From Bdellovibrionales bacterium (GTDB lineage Bacteria > Bdellovibrionota > Bdellovibrionia > Bdellovibrionales > UBA1609), in assembly GCA_965219095.1 (NCBI GenBank), contig CBDCMT010000001.1, positions 1,312,001-1,376,000 on the forward strand: a stretch of 64,000 bases of DNA, in the 5' to 3' direction. Positions 30,066-39,364 of this stretch are shown piece by piece (within the stretch, counting starts at the first letter, position 1; each line of letters opens with the position of its first letter). Both the position numbers and the translations under genes were made by a program. The notes below the pieces were generated by a model. It saw nothing but the letters and a program-made list of their open reading frames with translations, did not search any database and was not told the DNA's origin.

Positions 30066-30848
30066 AGGAATTTTAAAGCCTTTTACCAGTTTGCAAAAGT
30101 CTATCTTAAATCTTATTTTCCTAAAATGTTGTCTTACTCCCGATTTGTGAACATCAAAAAAGACATGGCTTTTTTGATGTTTCTTTTCTTGACAAGCCTT
30201 ATGAGTAAAACCACCGGCATATCATTTATTGATTCCACATCGATTTTTCTTCAAAAATAAAAGAATAGGACAAAATAAGGTGTTTCAAAAGTTAGCTAAA
30301 AAGAGGCAAAAGTAGTATGGGCTGGTTCTTCGGATTTAAACTCCATATTGTTATCAATCACCTAGGAGAGCTTTTAAGTTTTACCTTAACTCCGGGAAAT
30401 GTAGATGATCGAAAGCTAAGTTATGGATTTATAGTAAAGGGCTGATGGGAAAACTCTTTGGGGACAGAGGTTATATTTCATCAGATCTTTTTAAACTTCT
30501 TTTAAAGAAGGGAGTTAAGCTTATTACAAACGTCAAATTAAATATGGAGAATAAATTGATTCCCTTATTTGACAAGTTGATGTTGAAAAAACGTTCTGTT
30601 GTGGAGGTTAGTGATTGGAGTGTTAAAAGGAGAGTTTCATCTTGAGCATTCTCGCCATCGTAGCCCACAAAACTTTGTCATCAATCTTTTAGGTACTCTC
30701 ATCTCTTACTTGCTTAAAACCTAAAAAACCCTCCATTCAACTTAAAACTCAAAACAGGAGCTTCTGAACAATATATAAAAGTCGAAACTCGGGTTATTAA
30801 TAAAATTGAAGTCAAAGACTGAACTTCCCCCAAAAAAGTGGACAGTTT

Positions 30849-31715
30849 TTATGTTCTTAAAGCCCTCCTTTGTTTAAATTCTTTTGGGCTCATGTATTTC
30901 AAGGAAGAATGCATTCTTACCTTGTTATACCAATCCATGTAAATTGCAATTTTTTTTTCCAACTCTTCCTTTGTTGTACAGTCTTTGTATTCCAGTTCAT
31001 CCTTCAACGTATGGAAAAAGCTCTCCACAAACGCATTATCATAACAATTTCCTTTCCTAGACATAGATTGCTTGAGGCCAAAGAATTTCAATTCTTTTCT
31101 AAACCCTTCACAACAATATTGAACCCCTTGATCCGAGTGGATTATCAAGCCCTCTAAGTTCCCAGAAACAGATTGGACTGCGGCTCTCAGAGCCTGTTTT
31201 GAATGAACCCCGTCCAAGCTCTCACAGAGCTTCCAAGACTTAATCTCTCGATTATAGACATCTAAAAATACAACCAAATACAGAAATTTATCTCTAAAAG
31301 GAATATAGGTTAAATCCGAACACCATACCTGGTTTTCTTTTCCTGCTTGGCTCTGTCCTGTCTTAAACAACCGAGGAGACTTAATCATGAGAGGGTTATT
31401 CTTTGTTGTTCTAGGAACATAGGGTTTTTTCTGACGGGCACTGAGATTCTTTAGTTTCATAATTCGAGCTACTTTGTTTTCTCCAGCACTCACTCCGCAA
31501 CGCTTTAATTCCCTATACACCCTGGGGGAACCATAACAGCCTTTATTTTTTTTAAAAATAGATTCTATGTTTTTCTCCAGATTTTTATCCTTTTCAAGCT
31601 TTCCCCTGGTTTTTAAAAAACTATAAAAACCAGAACGAGATCCTCTTAATAATTCGCAAATGCGAAGCACTGGATGCCCTTTCTCTTTTACATAAAACAT
31701 AGCCTTAAATCTCAT
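30849..31715 (-). CDS. IS3 transposase OrfB
   Basis: Same protein as 8267-9133. Confidence 0.95.
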   Translation of the reverse strand: MRFKAMFYVKEKGHPVLRICELLRGSRSGFYSFLKTRGKLEKDKNLEKNIESIFKKNKGCYGSPRVYRELKRCGVSAGENKVARIMKLKNLSARQKKPYVPRTTKNNPLMIKSPRLFKTGQSQAGKENQVWCSDLTYIPFRDKFLYLVVFLDVYNREIKSWKLCESLDGVHSKQALRAAVQSVSGNLEGLIIHSDQGVQYCCEGFRKELKFFGLKQSMSRKGNCYDNAFVESFFHTLKDELEYKDCTTKEELEKKIAIYMDWYNKVRMHSSLKYMSPKEFKQRRALRT

Positions 31716-32017
31716 TTCAGGATTTCCTTTGAAAAAAAAGCCGCTGCCTCTTTCAATATACCTACACTCCGCCTCTCATAGACCAGCTCCTTTTTTAACC
31801 TCTTTATTTCCTCCAATGCCGAAGCCAAGTCATGGGAAGCTTGTCTTTCTACTTCAGGCTTTAGAAAACGCTTCCAAGAGCTTATCACTTGGAAATTTCT
31901 CAGTCCTAGCTTCTCTGAGGCTTCCTTTGCACCTATTTCCTCTGCCAATTCAATGGCTTGCTTTTTAAACTCTTCCGAGTACTGTTTTACTTTTTCCATT
32001 CTTTCTTTTACCTCCAT
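31712..32017 (-). CDS. IS3 OrfA
   Basis: Same protein as 9130-9435. Confidence 0.9.
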   Translation of the reverse strand: MEVKERMEKVKQYSEEFKKQAIELAEEIGAKEASEKLGLRNFQVISSWKRFLKPEVERQASHDLASALEEIKRLKKELVYERRSVGILKEAAAFFSKEILK

Positions 32018-32209
32018 TTTATGGAGACTTTAAGAGAAAATTGACTGTCCGCAGAAACAGGGGAAGTTCAGCTTACCTCACTTCTTCCTAAATACTCTGA
32101 TAAGGTTTCTATAAGTCTAGCAGTGTTAATCTTTAACCTCTTTACATACTCGCCCCCCTTGTCTTTTATACACAGAGAAGATGTCTCCTTATGGAAATCA
32201 ATCCCTATA

Positions 32210-33347
32210 TAGTGCTTCCGTTTAGGTTTTCAGTTTCCTAAGATAGAGAAGTTATCAGTTATCAAAGTTTCTAATTTAGATCTGTGTTTTCGTATTCCTC
32301 TAAAAAATTGACTTAAACTTCCCTTGAAATCGTCATAGTTTTCATAATATCGATTCGCCGTGACCTCTTTTTTCATAAACTTCCAAAGCCTTTCTATAGG
32401 ATTTAAATTCGGTGAGTACGGAGGAAGATAAATAAGCTTTATATTCAACTCTTTCGCTAACTTCTTGACAGACTTCGATCTATTGTATCCGGCCCCATCT
32501 AAGATAAGATGAATCTCTTTTTCATCGGAATACTTCTTAATGAATATGATAGAGCATATCACATAGAAAAACTTCGTTAACTGTCTTATAACTCCTGACT
32601 ACCGTCTTCAAACTATTGATCTCAATAGCTCCACAAACATTCACTCTTTTTCTCCAGCCTGAATTGGTCTTCACTTCAAACTTCTTACCCTCTCTTATCC
32701 AACCATATGAAATCGTAGGGCCCCACTCAGGATGTGTGGAATCAGCAAAGTAAACAGGACCGTCTTTCTTCTTAATTCTCTTGTATTTACGCACAAACTT
32801 TTTCTGCTCTTCTTTCTTTGCCTTACCCGGTATCGCTGTGGCTTTTTTATAAGAAAAACCAAGGCGATGGAGAAGATCAATTACACCACTTGTTAAAGTA
32901 CGTAACACCAAAATTCTCCTCAATGAACTGAATAAGGGCCTGTGATGACGGAAAAATTCTTTTCTCTAATTCCTTTAAAAGCATTTTCTCCTCTTTCTTA
33001 GTTAAAAAGGACCTTTTAGGGTTATAATTGTCGTTGATTAAGCACTCTATCCCACCTTTGTTATAACGATCTCTACAGGCTCTTATCGTGCCCTCATCAA
33101 TGAAAAGAAAGCAGGCAATATCTTTACACAACTTACCTTTATCTAAATGGAGGATTGTCATAATCCTTTTTACGTATTTAAGATTTTTCTCTAGAGATAG
33201 TTCATAGAGTAAATCTTTTCGCTCTTTTTTTGATAGAAACCCTGACATATGAAACTATTTTTAAAAATAAATGACTTTTTATCAAGGCCTTAGAATAAAA
33301 ACTAGACCTCAACTCAAAAAAAACGGAAAACCTAAACGGAAGCACTA
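32210..33347 (-). mobile_element. IS630-family type A, full length, doubly frameshifted; TA TSD
   Basis: IR TAGTGCTTCCGTTTAGGTTTTC; three consecutive ORFs 32877-33248, 32537-32923, 32230-32562. Confidence 0.93.
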
Positions 33348-33473
33348 TATAAAGAATCTGATTGCTATTGATGGGCTCTTTGTCTTTGACGACCTTTGAA
33401 TTATTTTTTGTTACTTGTTTCATGTTATTTTTCCTCCTTTAGTTGATTTTTGGCTTCTTTTTTGTTACTTTTT

Positions 33474-33605
33474 TTTAGCGTCTACCTCCTCAAACTATGA
33501 GTTCTTAGGCTCGATTTATTTATGAATTTTTCCTTCGGGAAAAAATTCGTTCTTTTAACTTAGGTTAAACAACCTAATTGTGCTTGGGGAGGTTAGACGG
33601 ATCTC
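33474..33605. ncRNA. Structured IS110 left-end region (outer stem plus three hairpins)
   Basis: CGTCTACCTCC / GGAGGTTAGACG outer stem; hairpins at 33499-33512, 33524-33548 and 33560-33577. Confidence 0.45.
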
Positions 33606-33619
33606 CATAGCTAGAAAAC

Positions 33620-33649
33620 TGTCCACTTTTTTTTGGGGGGGAGAGATCA
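33620..33649 (+). repeat. Solo degenerate IS3 terminal IR
   Basis: CTGTCCACTTTTTTTTGGGGGGGAGAGATCA resembles the reverse complement of 8238-8263. Confidence 0.7.
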
Positions 33650-33747
33650 AAATTGTTTTTTTCAAAGGAAAAATAGTGTTTCATAATAAGACAAAAAAGA
33701 ATTTAAGAACTAAAAGAAGAAAGCCGATAAAGGAGTAAGAGGTTTTT

Positions 33748-34629
33748 ATGAAAGAAGTGATAAAAAAAATCTGTATTTTTTTAGTTTCTTTATCCCTAGC
33801 CCTTCAGGTCTCTTTTAAAGCTCAAGCTAGTGGGAAAAAAGTGGCTTTATTTACTGCAGGAAGTTTTATTGCGTTTTCTGTGTTTACAGGAAAATTAGGA
33901 GTAAAGAAAATTAGTAAGGCTCTATCTTCCAATCCTGTAAACTATGGACTATTAATTATAGGTTACCTTCTTATACGTCAATCAGCAAGGGATAAAAAGA
34001 ATTCGGATAAAAGTAATGATGCCGTTAACATACTTGCATCTCCTGACGATGTAATCGGAGTGGGTAATGATCCTATAAGAAATAAAGCTTTAACAGAAAT
34101 AGCAAATAACAAAAGGAAATTAGAAGCTCTTTTAGAGAAAAATAAAGACAAACTTTCTAAACTTCCCTTTAAATATAATTCTAAAACGAACTCCCTTCAG
34201 TATAGAGATGGTTCTCCTATAGAGGCTAATATTGGTGACCTTAAAAAATTAGGTTTATCAGAAGAAGATGCAAAAAAAGTTCTTAAAGATTTAGAAAAAA
34301 ACTTCCACCTTGCAGCACAGTTAAAAGAACAGTTTTTAAAAAACATACCAAGAACAACAGCAAGCACAGAGAAAAAGGATGACATTATTACTGAAAATGA
34401 AGAAGAAAGTCTATCTCAGATGCTAAAAAATTTAAGCAAAAAAGAAGAGAAAAAAGTAGATGTAAACTCTCTTTATAAAAATATTAATGGAGAAAGAATT
34501 GGGCTTTCTGAGGGCGATATTTTCGAGATGGTTCATAAAATTTACAAAAAACGTCTTGATAACGAAGAATTTTTTCTCGAAGAGAATGAAAAAAAAGGCT
34601 CCTCCCGGGAATCTGTGGGTAAAAAGTAG
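33748..34629 (+). CDS. Hypothetical secreted/membrane protein; last 10 aa from the ISL3 left end
   Basis: Signal peptide (AQA), TM segments, C-terminal IGLSEGDIFEMVHKIY reminiscent of Bdellovibrio-specific proteins. Confidence 0.75.
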   Translation: MKEVIKKICIFLVSLSLALQVSFKAQASGKKVALFTAGSFIAFSVFTGKLGVKKISKALSSNPVNYGLLIIGYLLIRQSARDKKNSDKSNDAVNILASPDDVIGVGNDPIRNKALTEIANNKRKLEALLEKNKDKLSKLPFKYNSKTNSLQYRDGSPIEANIGDLKKLGLSEEDAKKVLKDLEKNFHLAAQLKEQFLKNIPRTTASTEKKDDIITENEEESLSQMLKNLSKKEEKKVDVNSLYKNINGERIGLSEGDIFEMVHKIYKKRLDNEEFFLEENEKKGSSRESVGKK

Positions 34630-34762
34630 CTAGAAATCCCCCAAAAAGGCTCATATTAATCAAAGCAAGAGTAAGACATCCTATCTTGTATTTTTGAGTT
34701 CTTTGAGGCCCTTACTGGCCTCTATCACCTCCGGTGATTGAACTCAAAAACATTCATTTTAT
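34598..34762 (+). mobile_element. ISL3 left-end fragment cut by IS66
   Basis: GGCTCCTCCCGGGAATCTGTGGGT... matches 10286-10450. Confidence 0.9.
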
Positions 34763-36295
34763 GTAACTGCTCACTCTCGTAAGTTTTTATTTAAAGCCAT
34801 AGAGATGGTTTCTAAAGAAGAATACCCTCTATTTCTCATTGTTTTAACATAGCTGGTAATGCGACAAAAATATTTCGCCATTTCTTCTGTTCTGAAACAC
34901 CCTGACACTTTCTTTTTCACCTTAGTCATTCTTAGATCTCTTTCAGCTCTGTTATTAGTAGGATCTACGTTCTTTCTTTTAGCAAAACACAGTATTTCTG
35001 CTTCATACTTTTTAAATCGCAGCCAAAGGTTTTGAGCTTGTGTATGCTTTATTCGTCCTTTCTTGCCATTTTTCTTAGGAAATTCTGGAAGCTCTTTTAA
35101 GCCTTTTGTAAGAATACTCCTATACCTTCTCTGAAGAGTTTCGTACTCTTTTTGAGTCAGAACTCTTGACTCTTTTTTATGAACTAACTCCACAGTCTCT
35201 TTAAGAAGTTTTTTGAGATTTGTAGCCCATTTGAATCCATTGCTTTCTTCTATAAATTTAAGCTCTCTCAAAAGGTGAGCCACACACAAAGCATGAGTTA
35301 TCTTATCATAACAAAAGTAAGGACTCCAACAATCATGCACAAGCACTCCTGCATATCTATCCAAGAGACCAATATCTTTTATGGCTTCCTTTCCACCTGA
35401 AAGGTGGAGAAACTGCAAGACTAATTCTCCTGAACTATAAGTATGAATCCAGTAGTTTTTACCCTTAACCCTCATAGAGGTCTCATCAACATGAATGACC
35501 TCTGATTCAAGTATCTTTTCTTTCATCTGCTCTTCCCAACTTTTAAGAAACTCTCCTAATTCAGCAATGTATCTCAACATAACTGCAGGAGAAATCATTC
35601 GACCTATAAGCCCCATGTAATGTTCCCCAACACGCTCTAAAAGACAGCATCTGAACTATAATGAAATTGATGATGGAAGCTCTAATGCCTATACCATACT
35701 GAAGAGGACCACTCATACCTTTAGGGAATTGACCTTTATTTCTAGCTCCACATGAGGGACAATCCTTAACTTCAGAAGTTACAGTATGGGTCTGAATTTC
35801 ATAAAAAATATCAATCTTTTTACGCTTCTCAAGGCTTTTTACCTCTGCTGTCTTTAAACACATCCCACACTGAGAACACTCTGAGGGAGAGACAGTCTCC
35901 TCACTGTTTGTATCTTTACTGTTATCAAGTCTAGAGCCCTTTTTCTGACTCCCACTAGCTTTCTTATTACGATTCCCTTGACGACTAAAATCTTGCGAAG
36001 GAGGAAGACCGCTGTTGCTGGAATTTTTTCGAACCTGTTTTTCTAAAAGCACAGCAATCAGAATGTTCACAACCTTAAAGAGAGATTCAACAATCACAGA
36101 AATCTCAGTAGGCACAGAACCTTTCTTTGCAAACTTATCAAAGTCACTTCTTATATTTTCAATCTCATTTCTGATGGAGGTCTTATTTATTGTCATTTGA
36201 AAAAAGTATTTAAAAGAAAATCTGTAAGAGCAAGACTTTTATCTTAAAACAGGTCTAAAGTTAAGGATAACTGAACAATGTAGGTGAGCAGTTAC
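34763..36295 (-). mobile_element. IS66-family element, frameshifted, copy 2
   Basis: Near-identical to 24653-26185; ORFs 35561-36196 and 34771-35616. Confidence 0.93.
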
Positions 36296-36348
36296 AATAA
36301 AACAACCTTATAAAATCATCTGTTTAAAGTTTCTTGCATAGTAAGTAA

Positions 36349-37865
36349 GCATCCTCAAAAGAATCTGTGGGTTCCCGGAGGTTCTGGCAGTTTTCCAAGG
36401 TTATGATATAAGGCGATTTTTATAGCTTTAGAGGTTCTAAAGCCGTAAGATTTTCTCATAGTGAGTTTTACTTTGTTGTTTAAACCCTCTACAATCCCTG
36501 AGGAGAAGGCTTTTTTAGCCTTGAAGTAATTAAGAATAAGTAGCTTATGTCTTCGTATGGTTTTTGCTTCTCTTTTCATAGGTTCAATTTTTGAAAGCAT
36601 GACTCGTCTCGTCCAACTGTCTATAAATTTACCAGCCCAAGTTGGTGAAACATAGGTCCATAACTGTCGGAAGTCTTCTTTTAAAAAATAACAGCGGATA
36701 CTTTTTAAATTGTACTGTATTAAATGCCTTAATTTTACTTTTTCATAAGATTTTAAATTTTCTGCATTTTTTAACAAGGGCCATCTAGCTTTTGTTAAAA
36801 GGGGTTCATACCCGTCTTCTTTCATTTTTTTGTGTTCTGAAGCTCTCACTTCATCTAAAGCCTTATTGAGTCTTGCTACGATATGAAACCGATCTAATAT
36901 GTGTAAAGCTCCACTTGCCCTCTCCTTTATGACTTTTAAATAAGGCTTCCACATATCAGAACACACAAACCGTATATCTTTTGACTTCTCTCCTAGTAAA
37001 TCAAAGAATTTTCTAAAACTCTTTTCTGTTCTTTTTTCTCCTATCCACAACAAGCGTACACGGGTTTTGCTTATTTCATAGACTAAGGTGAGATACTGAT
37101 GGTTCTTTTTCCATTGTATTTCATCTACACCTATAGCTTGTATTCCCTTTAAAACCCTTTGTTTTAAACCATATTCTACGACCCATTCTACCGAAGCATA
37201 GACCTGATTCCAACTGACATGAAACTTACAAGAAACCTCTTTCCAAGACAGGTGACGACACCAGTCTGCTAAGTACTTCATGTAAAAGATCGTTAAACTC
37301 TTCTTACCATCGGCCCAAGGTAAATGTTCAACTTTTACCCCACAGCAAGGACAATTGACTCTTCTTACAGCATAAACAAAGAACACCCTGTAACTTAAAA
37401 TAGGAAGGGATTCAAAGTCCCATGATGATTTACTGCTGTCATACACTGAACAGGGCTTCTTACAAACACTACAAAAAGCTTGGCCATTTTTACGAGCCTT
37501 AATAGGAACATTAATTGACTTTCTATCTTTTGAAAAATAAATGTCTTCGTACACAAAAGACTTCCATCTTAAACAATCATTTAGTATAGTCTTCAAAAGC
37601 ATCTCTTCCCTCCTTTTTTTTTTTGAATAACATTTTAAGGCATCTGGGAAGTAGGTGCTTCTTTTTTAAAATTTTAATGTAACACAGCAAATAAAAGCAA
37701 ATAAAATGAATGTTTTTGAGTTCAATCGCCAAAGGCGATAGAGGCCAGTAAGGGCCTCAAAGAACTCAAAAATACAAGATAGGATGTCTTACTCTTACTT
37801 TGATTAATATGAGCCTTTTTGGGGGATTTCTACTACTTTTCACCCACAGATTCCCGGGAGGAGCC
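36349..37865 (-). mobile_element. ISL3 element (copy 3), 8-bp TSD GTAAGTAA
   Basis: Termini and TSD read directly. Confidence 0.95.
36355..37602 (-). CDS. ISL3 transposase
   Basis: 415-aa ORF with ISL3 motifs. Confidence 0.95.
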   Translation of the reverse strand: MLLKTILNDCLRWKSFVYEDIYFSKDRKSINVPIKARKNGQAFCSVCKKPCSVYDSSKSSWDFESLPILSYRVFFVYAVRRVNCPCCGVKVEHLPWADGKKSLTIFYMKYLADWCRHLSWKEVSCKFHVSWNQVYASVEWVVEYGLKQRVLKGIQAIGVDEIQWKKNHQYLTLVYEISKTRVRLLWIGEKRTEKSFRKFFDLLGEKSKDIRFVCSDMWKPYLKVIKERASGALHILDRFHIVARLNKALDEVRASEHKKMKEDGYEPLLTKARWPLLKNAENLKSYEKVKLRHLIQYNLKSIRCYFLKEDFRQLWTYVSPTWAGKFIDSWTRRVMLSKIEPMKREAKTIRRHKLLILNYFKAKKAFSSGIVEGLNNKVKLTMRKSYGFRTSKAIKIALYHNLGKLPEPPGTHRFF

Positions 37866-38354
37866 GTAAGTAACAATACAAATAATGACTTTATGAGGTG
37901 AGGATAGATAGCTTAATTAGAGTGATATTTATAAAAAATTCATTTCGACGAATAGCACATCCTCTATTCCTGAAATTTACTATAATCTAAGGTTTTAAAT
38001 CTTTGGAATTCATGATTTAAAACTAAAAAAGGTTCAGATAGACGCATAATAGGAATATGTTTGTTTTACAATGTGTAAAGGAAGAGTCATTAAAAATGGA
38101 AAGGAAATGCAGAAAGTTTTCTCTTAGGTGATTAGAATATTCGTGACCGTATACAAAAAAAATTTTTTATATTTTTTGTAAATGGAGAAGTGTTTTTTCT
38201 TGACATACTTTTTGATAGACACTCTAAAAATTTAACAGAGTTTGATTAAAAAGCCAGGAGGCTATACGTTAAAAAAATGTCGAATTAATTTTTGGAAATG
38301 GTATTATAACAAAGATAGGGGGATCAAAACATGCAACAAAGTCGCCAGAAAATC

Positions 38355-38810
38355 TTAACCTTCTAAAAAACTTCCTACAATTTCACATTCGGAAACAAGT
38401 TTGTCTTTGACTTGACAAAAAGCCTTCATGCAAACCATGGATTTCAAAGAACGAATGACTTCAGCTTGAATTTTTAGAACATCACCTGGCTCAACTAAAG
38501 ACTTAAACTTTGCTTTATCAATTTTAGCTAAAACAAAGTCTTTGGATTCTTTGTCTTTTTGCCCGTCTAAGAGACAAGCTAAAGCAGCTGCCTGACACAT
38601 AGCCTCTATTTGTAAAACTCCTGGCATAATAGGTCTATGAGGAAAGTGGCCCAAGAAAAAAGGCTCATTAAAACTAACATTTTTGATGGCAAGAATGGTG
38701 TTTCCTACTTTATCAGAACTTCCCTTGCTGTCAAATTTTTCTACTCTATCAATCAATAAAAAGGGATATCTATGGGGAAGATGCTTTAGAATCTCTGAAA
38801 GACCTAACAC
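38355..38810 (-). CDS. fabZ: 3-hydroxyacyl-ACP dehydratase
   Basis: LPHRYPFLLIDR, KNVSFNEPFFLGHFP, MPGVLQIEAM.Q. Confidence 0.96.
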   Translation of the reverse strand: MLGLSEILKHLPHRYPFLLIDRVEKFDSKGSSDKVGNTILAIKNVSFNEPFFLGHFPHRPIMPGVLQIEAMCQAAALACLLDGQKDKESKDFVLAKIDKAKFKSLVEPGDVLKIQAEVIRSLKSMVCMKAFCQVKDKLVSECEIVGSFLEG

Positions 38811-38813
38811 TTT

Positions 38814-39314
38814 TTACCTATGTTTTTTATTGTAAGCTTTTATGATTTCTCCTGTAAGATCTTTTCCTCCCTTAGAGTACAAAACGACCTCTTTATTCAA
38901 AACAAGAACATATTTATGTTTTTTACTATAATCTTCGATGATTTTTTGAATTTTTCCCACCATAGGTAAAGTAAGATCCCTTTCTTTTTTTTGAAGTTCA
39001 GTTTGAGCCTGAGATAAAGATTTATCGTAATTAACTTTTGCCATTTGGTGTTGTGCTACTTTATCCTCGAAAGCTTTTTTAGAGAGAATCCCTCTTTGTT
39101 TTTGAAGAGCTTTAAACTCAGCTTCAAGTTTTTTTCCTTCACGTTGAAGGATTTTTTTTCTTTTGTTAAAGAATTTTTCCAAACTTTTTTTAGCTCTTTT
39201 TCCTTCTTTAGTGACTCCTATTACAAGACTTACATTGACAAAGCCTGTTTTTGAAGTTTCAGAAAACGACGAAACACTCAAAGCTAAAATCACAAATATA
39301 ATTATTTTTTTCAT
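38814..39314 (-). CDS. skp: OmpH/Skp periplasmic chaperone
   Basis: Signal peptide, GFVNV, coiled coil, DLT..II; position after bamA. Confidence 0.85.
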   Translation of the reverse strand: MKKIIIFVILALSVSSFSETSKTGFVNVSLVIGVTKEGKRAKKSLEKFFNKRKKILQREGKKLEAEFKALQKQRGILSKKAFEDKVAQHQMAKVNYDKSLSQAQTELQKKERDLTLPMVGKIQKIIEDYSKKHKYVLVLNKEVVLYSKGGKDLTGEIIKAYNKKHR

Positions 39315-39364
39315 AACAACTCCTTTAGGTAATAAAATACAATCCCTTTACTTATAAAAGTATA

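Larger units (their letters stand above)
28221..30794 (+). mobile_element. IS982-family element (frameshifted) interrupted by ISL3; TSD TATTA
   Basis: IR ACCCGAGTTTCGAC / GTCGAAACTCGGGT; SYSRFV, FIDST, GWFFGFKLH, LFGDRGY. Confidence 0.9.
30820..32070 (-). mobile_element. IS3-family element (copy 2)
   Basis: Near-identical to 8238-9488; no TSD. Confidence 0.95.
27606..33612 (-). mobile_element. IS110-family element disrupted by IS630, IS3 (with deletion) and IS982 (itself carrying ISL3)
   Basis: IR AGCTATGGAGAT(C/G)CGTC, 16/17 match; fragments ...QILY|IGIDFHKETSSLCI, SLTSIL|LIAVLDEMSRF..YLGLIPREFSSG..GSITRSG..LRRYLIH. Confidence 0.85.
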
